Positions 25,727 to 36,964 of a stretch of 64,000 bases of DNA are shown one piece after another. How positions within the stretch are numbered: the stretch's first letter is position 1; the number at the start of each line of letters is the position of its first letter. Source of the stretch: Mobula hypostoma (taxonomy: Eukaryota). The notes under the pieces were generated by a model. That model was not told where the DNA came from, did no database searches, and saw only the letters and a program-made list of their open reading frames with translations. The position numbers were made by a program, and so were the translations under genes. The stretch spans positions 99,326,001 through 99,390,000 of the forward strand of contig NC_086097.1 of NCBI RefSeq assembly GCF_963921235.1, in the 5' to 3' direction.

Positions 25727-25857
25727 AAACAACAAGAATTCTGCAGATGCTGGAAATTCAAGCAACACAGATCAAAGTTGCTGGTGAACGCAGCAGGCCA
25801 GGCAGCATCTCCAGGAAGAGGTACAGTCGACCTTTCAGGCCAAGACCCTTTGTCAGG
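25727..25857 (-). mobile_element. 131-bp Penelope 3' end beginning at the hammerhead
   Basis: Matches 43131-43262. Flanked by acactatgtattc and acactacatattc (13-bp TSD, 2 mismatches). Confidence 0.85.
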
Positions 25858-27136
25858 ACACTACATATTCCATGTGCTAACCTGTGGAACAGTATCAAAA
25901 GCCATCTGGCAATTCAAATAACTGCACCTACTAATTTCTTCTAATCTACTGTATTCAATACAGTATATCCTCAAAGAACTTCAAAAGGTTAGTCAAATAC
26001 ATCTTTATAGTCACCTCTTTGTAAACATTGAAATGAAGATCATCAGACCCTTGAGATTTATCAGACCTAGCTTATTTCACAACATTTAAATCAAACTATA
26101 TCCAGATGTACATAAATAATGGCAGCCATACAAGTGAAGCCCTGCATGGCCTCTAAGGCAGCTGTCAGAAAAACAGCACTCCTGCCAGTCCTGTATGGCT
26201 TTAATATTGCACTGAAATGCCTACCTAGACCATGTGAGATTTCAATCCACATCATTCTATGTACACATGATGCCCTACTTAAAACTGATGCCAAAGAGTC
26301 AAAATATTAAGAGTCAAGATCAACACCAAAAGCAGATAAAATTAAGCTAAATAAATTCTGTAAGGCTTCCCCCAACTATCCAGCATGATAGACCTGCCAA
26401 GGCATTCAATGTCTCCAGGTGATAATGCCACCTACTATAATGAATTACCTTATTTATCTGCAAGATCCAGGATGACTTACTTCCACCCTAGTTTTGTGGA
26501 ATATGAGATGGTTGATGTTGCCAATGTGGCAACCGCACACTGTTCTGAAACGCAGTTAGTGCCAATAGGATAGTTTGTGAGCTGCCTGCTCCCTCTACTA
26601 CTTACTCTGGAACTCTTCTTGCTCCTAATGTGTAACTTTGAGTTTTTCAGCATTCCCTCAAAAGTTCCTTCTCAACTTTGAATAGTTATGTGTCACAGGA
26701 GTTAATGAAGATGCTATATTTCTTCAAAGGCCTTAAGCAAATCTTTGAAGCTTTTCCTCTACGCATCTGCTAATCCCTTCTAATGAAACCGAATATCTTT
26801 TTGAATGACTGCCAGTGGAGTGGCATCTATGCTCCACTGCAAAAACTGCTAAAGAAATGACAGGTATCTTTTTCTGAAGAACAATTCTTTTTTTTAAATC
26901 ATAATAAGCCAATAGGTTTCACGAAGTGCATTTTTAACCACGGGGCAAATACTCTCTGTGAACAAGGTTAAAAACTTGTTTTTCAGACACTCCTGGGCCC
27001 CGAAACAAGTATTTTTGAAACATCATCATAGTTGAAAATATTTGGCATAGCTGCCTTGCTATTTCAAGAATTCCTGGGTTATCTGTCAGAAACCAGAGTT
27101 TCGCTCATTCCTTTTGCTCATAGCCCTGGTGATTAC

Positions 27137-27363
27137 CTGATGAAGGTGGTCTTGCCGGTTGAGTATTGCCCAATAAGCAATACCATGGGCTTATTCTCGA
27201 AGTCAGCCTGCTCCAGAGCGGGCGAGTGGAACTGATGGAACTGGTAGTAATCCTCCAGGGGCTGCAGCCTCTTGTGGTACAGGGACCGCAGTCCATCGGA
27301 CACCGTCTCAAACACCATCGAGTCCTTCCCAGAGGCCTCAGAACCAGACAGCCAGCTGAACAT
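27137..27363 (-). CDS. EHD3: EHD-family ATPase, coding exon 1 (227 nt)
   Basis: MFSWL...FHSPALE.ADF.NKPMVLLIGQYSTGKTTFIR: EHD N-terminus and P-loop. ATG in gtaccATG context; donor AG|GTAATC at 27136. Confidence 0.95.
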
Positions 27364-27538
27364 GGTACCCTGTCGGGACTCCGGATCACCGTCACTGGCA
27401 AGCCCTCACCCTCTGTGACTCTGCTCTTGGTCCCTCAGACTCCAGCTCCCGGACCCAGTCCGAGCTTCAAACGCCGACACACTCTGGATACCTGTCCACT
27501 CCCTCCCCTCGGGACTCCGGGTCACTCACTGCCTCCTT

Positions 27539-27575
<37 letters not shown>

Positions 27576-27960
27576 TTGGCTACCCTCTCTTCCTCCTTAT
27601 CGCACTCCCTCCCTCACTCCCTCACACTATCTCTCTCAACCTCCGGGACCCCCTCACTCCCCCTCTCACACTTTGAATGCCCCTCTTTTACACACTCGGG
27701 ATCCCCCTCACTCTCTCTCTCTCACCCCGGGTTCCCTTCACACTCACTCACTCTCTCTCTCTCCGGCTCCCCTCAGCCTCGGCACTGAGGACCGGCAATT
27801 GCTCGCTCGCGCTCTGAGACCAAACGTTCCGCGCGAGCTTCCGCCTTCCCGTCCGCCGGAAGCGACCGCCTGCGCCGCCACTTCCCGCCCTTCCGAGCGC
27901 GGGCGCTTCGCCGACTCCGGCTGCTGGTAAAGGTTACGGCGAAAGAAGGGCTGGGCGTAA
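27364..27960. promoter_or_regulatory. CpG-rich 5' UTR / promoter region of the EHD gene
   Basis: CpG-dense non-repeat segment at about 27780-27960 upstream of the ATG, with clustered ETS-type CCGGAAG/CTTCCG motifs and a (CT)n tract at 27543-27571. Confidence 0.7.
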
Positions 27961-28099
27961 TGATTGTGGCTTCAGTTCCAAGTCTTGCTTTAGATGAAAT
28001 GCCATGGGGCAGGAGGAGTGAGTGAGGGGTTGAGAAGCCTATGCAGAGGAGACAGCCCCTCCGGCGGAGGCTGTTGCTTCTCACACATTAGCCTTAACA

Positions 28100-28390
28100 C
28101 GGTGTCTCAAGCCTCAGCAGTTGTGTGGGCTACTTTTTCCGCGCTAGGGAATATGGATTTTCTTGAGAACTTACTTTCTCTGCTACTGATGGCTTTCTTA
28201 TACTTAGCCAGAGCAAAGCCTCTGGCAGGCGATCTCCAACTGGTCCAGTCTTTCTGGTTAATTGCTTGTCTTGCTGATGCATTGATCCTAAATTGTAAAA
28301 GTGATCCCAAAATTGCGAAGGCGGAAGATGTTCAGTCTCTGCTTTTGATGATGTATGACCCACAGAGTTTCTCCAGCAGCTTGTGACATG
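28100..28390 (-). mobile_element. Old RTE-like RT remnant
   Basis: DHFYNLGS and ARGFA.L resemble the F.YLGS and AS.AFG.L motifs of the RTE at 35784 onward. Confidence 0.4.
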
Positions 28391-29550
28391 CACTAAAGCC
28401 AAATAATTTGTTACTTTATTATTGAGGGATGTTGTCACCCTGTGACATGAATTAAAAATATGTTCATAATTTCAGAATTGGAATAAGATTTATAAGCACT
28501 GACCTATGTCATGGAATTTGTTGTTTTGTAACAGCAGTAAAGTGCAAAAGGGGGAATGCTATATGTTACAATAAAAAATAAATAGTGCAAAAGTGGAATA
28601 GAGTTCATGAGTTCAGGGACTGTTCAGAAGTCTGATGGCGGAAGAGAAGAGGCTGCTACTAAATGTTGACTCTGCATCTTCAGGCTCCTGTACCTCCTGC
28701 CTTATGGTGGTAATGAGAAGAGGGCCTGTCTAAGATGGTGTAAGTCCTCAATGTTGGATGCCACCTTTCTGAAGCATCACCGTTTGAAGATGTCCTTGAT
28801 GGTGCGGAGGTTTGTGCCTGAGATGGATCTGGCTGAGTCTACAAGCCTCTGCAGCCTCTTTCAATCCTCTGCATTGGAGCCTCCAGCCCAGACAGAGATG
28901 CGACCAGTCAAAATGCTCTCCATGCTACATCTGTAGAAACTAGGTAGTATCTTTGGTGGCATGCCAATTCTCTTCAAACTCCCAATGAAATACAGCTGCT
29001 GGCATGCCTTCTTTGTGATTGCCTCAATATGTTGTGCCCAGGATTGATCCTCTGAGATGTTGTTGCCCAGGAACTTACAGCTGCTAACCCTTTCCGCTAC
29101 TCACCGCTCAGTGAGGAGGACGTGTTTTCACAACTTCCCCTTTCTGAAATCCACAATTAAGTTTCTTGGTTTTGCTGACGTTGAGTTATTGTTGCAACAC
29201 CACTCAACCTACCAGTCTATCTGACCCCATATGCCTCCTCATCACCATCTCAGAATCAGAATCGGGTTTATTATCACTGGCATGTGACGTGAAATTTGTT
29301 AACTTAGCAGCAGCAGTTCAATGCAATACATAATATAGCAGAGAGAAAAAATGTAACAATAAATAAACAAGTAAATCAATTACATATATTGAATAGATTT
29401 TTTTAAAACGTGCTAAAACAGAAATACTGTATTTTTTTTAAAAGTGAGGTAGTGTCCAAAGCTTCAATGTCCATTTAGGAATCAGATGGCAGAAGGGAAG
29501 AAGCTGTTCCTGAATTGCTGAGTGTGTGCCTTCAGGTTTCTGTACCTCCT

Positions 29551-29823
29551 GTGTGTGGGTGGGAGTACTTGCTCACAGGGTTAGGGTGAAGCGTCTAGTG
29601 CAGTAGTGCTTGTAGTTAGTGCATGCTGTATGCCACATAATGCTCTCTGCTTGCAGCTATTGCCGCTGGCTAACCTGCTTAATAGAGGGTGAAAAGAGGG
29701 GCCTAGTGTGTAAGCCTCCTCCTGCCAGTACAGAGCCTCTCCACCACCAAGACTCCTGCAGTGCCTCCTCGGGGCCACACATGGAAACTGGGTATCTTAT
29801 GGTCCCAGGCTAAACTACAGGGG
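29551..29823 (+). ncRNA. HDV-like self-cleaving ribozyme (predicted)
   Basis: P1 GUGUGUG 29551-57 / CACACAU 29776-82 with G1.U wobble. P2 CCUGCAGU 29755-62 / ACUACAGG 29814-21 (7/8). P3 GCC/GGC with L3 UCCUCGG. P1.1 CC/GG (29783-84). P4 CUGGG/CCCAG. J4/2 GCUAA with candidate catalytic C29810. Confidence 0.8.
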
Positions 29824-31346
29824 ATCTCGGAGGAGCAGTGCCTGGTGCCCGTCAACCGCTGTCCAAGCTATGGGCAAATAGCCCCCCTGCATTGTGGTAT
29901 GTCTGTTGAGACAAGGCTAAGCGAGCACACCCTGACAGAAAAGCAATGCGCTGGCGGCGTGTAGTAGGCGGACCTCAACAGACCAAGGACCTGGCAGCCT
30001 CCTGCAGCCAAGATGTGGGACCGGTTGTCCTGGGATCACCCTTTCCACCGGGATTTACCTCATCATGGTGAAGATAGTGCTACTGGGGATGGCGCACTTT
30101 AAAATCTTTCTTGTGCAGGTCTCCACCTCTGAATCAGGAGGCTCCACGCAACCACCAAACTTCATAGGGAGCGGGTTCTGGAGCTGCAGTATGCAGACGA
30201 CTGTGCTCTTGTGACCCATACTCCGGAGGATCTTCAGTTTGGCCTTGCTGTGACGGTGAGAGCGCACAGCAGGCTGGGGCTGACTGTCAATACCACTGTG
30301 AGGGGATCCAGGAATGTCCCTATTAACTGTTTGAAGAGAGACAGAGAGAGGGTTATTTACCACCGATATGTTGCTTTTGAAAAGAGAGAGAGACGAAGAT
30401 TAACGGTTGGACTGTCACTTTAAGGCATTGGAAGTAACTTTGGATTTTTACTGAGTTTGGAGTTGGAGACAGCACCGAGCAGCTCGTAAGTTGCTATGGT
30501 GACCGACAGCAGGTTGTTGATGTTACTTCCAAGGACTGGTTGCCTGCTTGTGCATTTCTTCACAGACAAAGGAAGGAGGGACTCTTTGAATGACAGGTGA
30601 TGCTCAGCCTGGTGAAATAAATGGGAGGTCAGATGATACAGACCTCAGACACATGATCTGGACACTGAATGAGCAGTGTTGTGCCCGCAGAGAAAGTGGG
30701 TTTTGGAGGATCGATTAGGCGGATCAATCCAAATTGCTATTCCAGCGGTGATGAAGGGGTTGACTGGTGGGGAGTTGTCTATGTGTCCACCCTTGCCGGG
30801 GTGATAGCTCCACCACAGGAAAACCGGTCCCCCTGGTTAAAGTCACAGTCAGTGACTTGTAAAGGATTTCAGAGGACGACGAGAAGATCGACGGCAACAG
30901 CTCACCTGAAGACTCAACTCTCTCTCTCTCTCTCTCTCCCCATCACTATTTAACTCAATACCACGAACTGAACTTTACTCAACATCGTAAGACTGTATCT
31001 TTTTACCCCTAGACTTAAACAAGCTTGGTTATCATACATACATTTCCACACTTACTGATTTACGTACTTTTATATATATTCATTGTTAACCTGTGTGATT
31101 TATTTACATTGATATTACTGTATTGCGTAGTTACTAATAAATATTATTAGTAGTTTATAGCAATACGAGACTCCAAAGTGGTTTCTATTTCTGCTGGTTT
31201 CTTTATCCCCGTCACGGGGTACGTGACATTAATTGGGGCCTGCGTCCGCGATATGAACAAATTGGTCGGGAGGCTGGTTTGAATTGATTGGGGGAAAATC
31301 CCTTTTGATTTGGACTTTGAATTGGTTGTGTGGAAAAACAGCAAAA

Positions 31347-32465
31347 ATGGATGTTAGGGACTTTCTGAAATCACCAGACCTGATGACTTTGAAGTTAACT
31401 AAAAAGTATGAGTTGCGGGACATTGCTAAGAAATTGAAAATTGAGGTAAAGAAGGGTATGACTAAGGTAGAAATTCAAAGAAAAATAGCTGAATGTTATA
31501 TAGATAAGGGAACATTTGATGAGGAGGTGTTAGAGTTGTTCGTGGAAGGTGAACCTACTGAGGATGAGCTTCAGCTTCTGTTGGAAGTATTAAAGAGGGA
31601 GCATGAATTGAAATTAAAACAGCTGGAGAGAGAGGCTGAAGGAGCAGAAAGGAGGAGGGTCTGTGAGGCTAGAGAGGCAGAGAAACAGAGAGAGGAGGCA
31701 GAAAGAAAGAGACAGCTCGAGAGGGAGAAATGGCAACGTAAAGATCACGTGGCAGAAAGGCAGAGACAGTTTAAAAGGGAGAGGTTGCAGCAAAGAGGTT
31801 TAGTGTCAGACCCTGATCATTTTTACAGCTTGGAGGAGCTAGTTTTGTGTGATGAATTGAAAAGTTGTGTTCCTGATGAGGTCGGGGCATACCCAGTGGC
31901 AGAGGATGCCCCTACCCTGCAGGGGTCTGTTGAGAAAGCAGACAAAGAAGTTTTAAACCACGAGGTTGAGTTTACTCCAGAAAAGAGTTTGCCAGAGGGT
32001 AGCTGGGAGGTTCGAGATGACCTTGAATTTCAAACTGGGACAAGTGATGACAGCCCAGAAAAGGCAGTTGTCCTGATTGAATGTGTTCAGGTTGTTGAAT
32101 TACCTGTGGGTTCACAGGATTCTGAACCTTATGTTGAGACTCAGTTGAAGTCTGAGGTGCCTGACTTGGTTGGAGAGGAATACAGTTTTTGTGTGTCAGA
32201 TGGGCTTGGTTCAGTGAGTAAGGGGTTAACCTTGGTACCAGTGGAACGTGAGGATTCTCAGTCATTTGTAGTAGACCGTGTTTTAAAAGCTGGTGAGGTC
32301 AATGTTGCTGGAAGTAATGGCAAAAGTGCTGTTCCTGGACTTTTGGATAAAGTGATGGAAAAGGTTGGATTGATTGCGCAACCTTTGACCCTGCTTGCAG
32401 GACAAAGGCCTGCTGAGACAGGATGCGCTAGTTTGTTGGATTTTGTTTGGACGTTTGGAAGTTAA
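31347..32465 (+). CDS. Gag-derived ORF of element C, internally deleted
   Basis: N-terminus MDVRDFLKSP..LKLTKKYELRDIAKKL and the coiled coil are homologous to element A gag. Most of the capsid-like region and the CCHC knuckle are missing. Confidence 0.65.
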   Translation: MDVRDFLKSPDLMTLKLTKKYELRDIAKKLKIEVKKGMTKVEIQRKIAECYIDKGTFDEEVLELFVEGEPTEDELQLLLEVLKREHELKLKQLEREAEGAERRRVCEAREAEKQREEAERKRQLEREKWQRKDHVAERQRQFKRERLQQRGLVSDPDHFYSLEELVLCDELKSCVPDEVGAYPVAEDAPTLQGSVEKADKEVLNHEVEFTPEKSLPEGSWEVRDDLEFQTGTSDDSPEKAVVLIECVQVVELPVGSQDSEPYVETQLKSEVPDLVGEEYSFCVSDGLGSVSKGLTLVPVEREDSQSFVVDRVLKAGEVNVAGSNGKSAVPGLLDKVMEKVGLIAQPLTLLAGQRPAETGCASLLDFVWTFGS

Positions 32466-32769
32466 GCACCTGCAAAGTCATGCTGTTATTCAGAGTGATG
32501 TTATGGAGAGGAAGAAGAATTGTTGTGGTTTTGGAGTGGAAGTTGCTATGGATACAAGTCGAAGTATAGGTCATAATCAGATGGGTAGTTTATTTGGTCT
32601 CTTTCATAATGTATACCTGATTCTGATCAGCTTGATGATGGTACTGAGTTTGATAAACAATGGAGGCATGTTGACAGCTCTCCAAGGTAAGAGTGTTTCA
32701 GCAATTCAGCTGATGAGCAAAGTTGCTATTGAGACTTGTGATAGAAAAACCAAAGGTTTAAATTATTAT

Positions 32770-34720
32770 GATGTGTCACAGACTTTTCTACCTTCCAGAT
32801 TTCATCAGGACTTAAAGGGTAGTACAATTGATAAGGGTAAGGTGTATAAGAAAGGTTTGTCTTTATTGAGGAAGGATTTTAAAGAGGAACAGAAGCGAGA
32901 TTCTGGAATGGTGACTTTAAGGGAGATAGCTCTCACAGGAGAGGAGGTTCAGAGAGAGTCAGTGGGACGTTACCTTAAAGATGGGATGTTGATGAGGAAA
33001 TGGAGACCAGCCACAATGCCTGCAAGTCACGTGGTGGTTCCGAAAGGTTACAGGGCTGAAATTTTAAACATGGCTTACAGTATGCCTTTAGGTGGACATC
33101 ATTGTGTGAGAAATGAGGAAAATGGGAACGAGGGGGTTCCCCTCCTTTTATTTATTGTTGGAGATTCGATTCAGAAGGCAGTGAAGGGTAACTTGTTGGA
33201 ACCTGAGCAGTTACAGGCCAAAAGGACCTTTGACCCTACTCAGAGAACTCTGGAAGGAATTTAGGAAGCTCTGTGTCCTTGCTAAGGAAAGTTTGCAAAA
33301 TGGTCGAGTCAAAATACGGCACTTGTTTACCAGAATTGCAGCTGGGAGAATGGTTATAGGACAAAATGGAGTCGTGAAATCTGATAATGGAATGGAAAGG
33401 CATGTTTGCCCACTGAATCTAGATGCATCCAGATGTCAGAATTCCATTGTTTTGGAAAATATTACTGATAAGGTCCACCAGTTGGATCCAAAGCCAAAAA
33501 AACAAGTAAAAGGACTAATTGGTGTTTTGAAATGGTGCACAGGTGCAGTGCATCACATCATTATGAATTTAGCCCAGCCTATGAAATGGTATCTTCACAG
33601 AGTGAGCTTTGAGGAAAGTAAAAGGGTTGAACAAGGAATTAGAAACAGGAAAGAACAAAGAAAGAGAATGGATGACTGTATTGACAGAGTGGGGAAGGCT
33701 AAATACCTTATTAAGATTGACTTGTTAAAAGGTTAACGGGGTGTTCATTTAACAGAGAGGGCTAAAGAGATATCAGCATTTGTGACACCGTCTAGACTGT
33801 ATGAGTGCAATATTTTACACTTCGGGATGAAGAATGCTCTAGAAACATTTCAAAGAGTGATCAATTCTGTGATTGGAGGGTTAGGAAGCACAGGAGTTCA
33901 TATGAATGATTTAGTGGTCTGGAATGACACGTGGGAAGAGCATATTGCAGCTGTAGGAAAACAGTTTGACAGACCTCCCAAGGCCACTCTTACTGTGAAC
34001 CTCGCTAAAAGTGAATTTGGCCATGCCACAGTTACATATCTGGGTTATGTGGTGGGCCAAAGCCAACTGGCTTCTGTACAGGCCAAGGTTCAAGCTATTG
34101 CTGAAGTTCCTGTTCTGACCGACAAGAAAGCTTTGAGAAGGGTTTTAGGGATGGTTGGGTATTATCATAGGTTATGTAAGAACTTTGCTGACATCACTCT
34201 TCCCCTAACAAAGCTCCCAGGGGAAAGTGAAAGATTTGAATGGAGTGACCTTTGCCAGGAGGCATTTAAACGTCTGGAAACCATCCTGTGTTATCATCCT
34301 GTGCCCAAAGCACCGGATTTCTCAAAACCATTCTCAATCGCAACAGGTATTAGTGACGAAGCTGCTGGGGCAGTACTGTTACAGAAGGGAGTGGATGACA
34401 TTGAACATCCAGTAGCTTACTTCTCAAAGAGCTTTAATGTACACCAGAAAAATTATTCAACTGTTGAAAAGGAATTACTAGCACTTATTCTGGCTTTACA
34501 ACATTTTGAGGCCTATGATCAGAGACCTCAAAACCTTTCTGTTGCTCAGAGACCACTTGTGGTCTACAAGGGTTATAATCTGTTGATGTTTCTAACTAAG
34601 ATGAAGGATAAGAATAGGAGGTTGTTAAATTGGAGTCTAGTATTGCAGGAAGGTGACTTAAAAATCAACTATGTGAAAGGTACGGACAATATCATAGCTG
34701 ATTGCTCATCCCGATGTTAA
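32770..34720 (+). pseudogene. Degenerate pol of element C (IN remnant, RT, RNase H)
   Basis: LMRKWRP...AYSMPLGGH precedes KIDLLKG*, FGMKNA, HMNDLVV (YIDD lost), HPVAYFSK, YSTVEKELLA and IADC.SRC. Confidence 0.85.
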
Positions 34721-36964
34721 GTTGGAAACTGCAACCATTTTTGCCTTGTCATCTGATGGTTTTTTTCCCTGTATTGTTTAAAACCCTGTGATGGATATTT
34801 TTTTAAAAATCGTCTTCGACAACTTTTTTTCCCTGAGGAAGGGGTGTGTGAGGGGATCCAGGAGTGTCCCTATTAACTGTTTGAAGAGAGAGAGAGGGTT
34901 ATTTACCACCGATATGTTGCTTTTGAAAAGAGAGAGAGACGAAGATTAACGGTTGGACTGTCACTTTAAGGCATTGGAAGTAACTTTGGATTTTTACTGA
35001 GTTTGGAGTTGGAGACAGCACCAAGCAGCTCGTAAGTTGCTACAGTGACCGACAGCAGGTTGTTGATGTTACTTCCAAGGACTGGTTGCCTGCTTGTGCA
35101 TTTCTTCACAGACAAAGGAAGGAGGGACTCTTTGAATGACAGGTGATGCTCAGCCTGGTGAAATAAATGGGAGGTCAGATGATACAGACCTCAGACACAT
35201 GATCTGGACACTGAATGAGCATTGTTGTGCCCGCAGAGAAAGTGGGTTTTGGAGGATCGATCAGGCGGATCGATCCAAATTGCTATTCCAGCGGTGATGA
35301 AGGGGTTGACTGGTGGGGAGTTGTCTATGTGTCCACCCTTGCCGGGGTGATAGCTCCACCACAGGAAAACCGGTCCCCCTGGTTAAAGTCACAGTCGGTG
35401 ACTTGTAAAGGATTTCAGAGGATGACGAGAAGATCGACGGCAACAGCTCTCCTGAAGATTCAACTCTCTCTCTCTCCATCACTATTCAACTAAATACCAC
35501 GAACTGAACTGAACTTTACTCAACATCGTAAGACTGTATCTTTTTACCCCTAGACTTAAAGAAGCCTGGTTATCATACATACATTTCCACACTTACTGAT
35601 TTACGTACTTTTATATATATTTATTGCTAACCTGTGTAATTTATTTACATTGATATTACTGTATTGCATAGTTACTAATAAATATTAGTAGTAGTTTATA
35701 GCAATACGAGACTCCAAAGTGGTTTCTATTTCTGCTGGTTTCTTTATCCCCGTCACGGGGTACGTGACACCACCAAGACAGAAGTGGTTTGCCAGTGGAG
35801 TACCAGTGTCCCACCCACTCTACCTGCCTTCACTGTTGGTGATGAAAAGCTGTCAGTAGTGCCATCTTTCAAATATCTTGGGAGCATTCTGTCTGAGGAT
35901 AGTGGCATTGACAACAACACCCAGAGCCACATTAAAGAGGCATCAGCTGCCTTTGGGAGACTTCAATGTAGAGTCTTTCAGAACAGGAGCCTTCGTCCCT
36001 CCACAAAGGTCGTCGTAAACCAAGTGGTCTGTGTCACCACCCTCCTTTACAGCTGTGAAGCTTGGGTAACCTACAGCCGTCACGTCAAGTCCTTGGAGCG
36101 CTTCCAGATAAGCTGCCTCCAGCGCATCCTGGGAATCACCTGGCGTGAGCTGGTGCCTCACACTGAAATACTTGTAAAGACCAACTGCAGAAGTATTGAG
36201 GCCATGATCACCCAGCGTCAGCTGCAGTGGCTGGGGCATGTGATAAGGATGCCCCCGTGTCGGCTACCCCGCAGAGTGTTATACGGACAGCTACATCATG
36301 GTCAAGGCTCAGCTGGGGGGGCCGAAGAAGCACTATAAGGATCAGATGAAGAATGCTTTAAGGAAGTGCAAGATTAGATCCAAGGGCCTGGAGGAGGTTG
36401 CTGCTGACCGTACCATTTGACAACAGCTGTGTAGGGACGGGGTTCGTATTCTGGAGATGGAAAGAACAACCAGAAGACAGCAGAAGAGAGCCAGGAGAAA
36501 TGTAGCCATGGGTTGCCACTACTACCACATATACATGTCCCACCTGCAATAGAGATTGTGGGTCCAGGATAGGACTGTATAGTCATCAAAGATCTCACTA
36601 TTAAAGGAGTGGACATCGTCATCGGATTTTGATGGACAACCAAAGAAGAACCTCCTACCTGATGGTAACGGTGAGAAAAGGGCATGCCCTGGGTGCTGGA
36701 GGCCCTTAATAATGGACGCTGCCTTTTTAAGGCACCGCTCCCTAAAGATATCCTTGATACTTTGTAGGCTAGTGCCCAAGATGGAGCTGACTAGATTTAC
36801 AACCTTCTGCATCTCCTTTCGGCAGAATCTGAAATTCTGCCAGTAACAGTAGTGTCATCAGCAGATTTGCAGATATCATTTGAGTTGTGCCTCATGACAC
36901 AGTCAGTGTAGCAAGAGTAGAGCAGTGGGCTAAGCATACATTTTTGAGCTGCACCCATATCTAC

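Larger units (their letters stand above)
30297..35769 (+). mobile_element. Gypsy-superfamily LTR retrotransposon C, Gmr1-like order, non-autonomous
   Basis: LTRs 30297-31228 and 34847-35769 (TGTGAG...GTGACA), 4-bp TSD CCAC, degenerate Pro-type PBS 31234-31252, PPT gaggaagggg at about 34835-34844. Confidence 0.93.
29551..36649 (+). mobile_element. Internally deleted RTE-clade LINE (about 1.6 kb), split by LTR element C
   Basis: 7-bp TSD acctcct (29544-29550, 36650-36656) and a gaagaa tail. ELQYADDCAL...GLTVNT|TKTEV rejoins across the LTR insertion, followed by FKYLGS, LQWLGHVIRM and a C-terminal zinc finger. No endonuclease region. Confidence 0.88.
28480..36960 (-). mobile_element. Rex1/Babar 3' fragments (28480-29550, resuming 36657-36960) hosting the RTE/LTR nest
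   Basis: cttcaggtttctgtacctcct (ending 29550) continues as acctgatggtaac at 36657. Peptide AASIIK..QHPGHALFSPLPSGRR. Confidence 0.7.

Noticed and set aside
27166..27930. 254-aa plus-strand ORF
   Set aside because: It is antisense to EHD exon 1 and runs through CT-rich low-complexity and GC-rich DNA that lacks stops by composition.
27994..28386. 130-aa hydrophobic plus-strand ORF next to the CpG island
   Set aside because: The opposite strand shows RTE RT-like remnants and the ORF has no recognisable domain, so it is probably a shadow frame.
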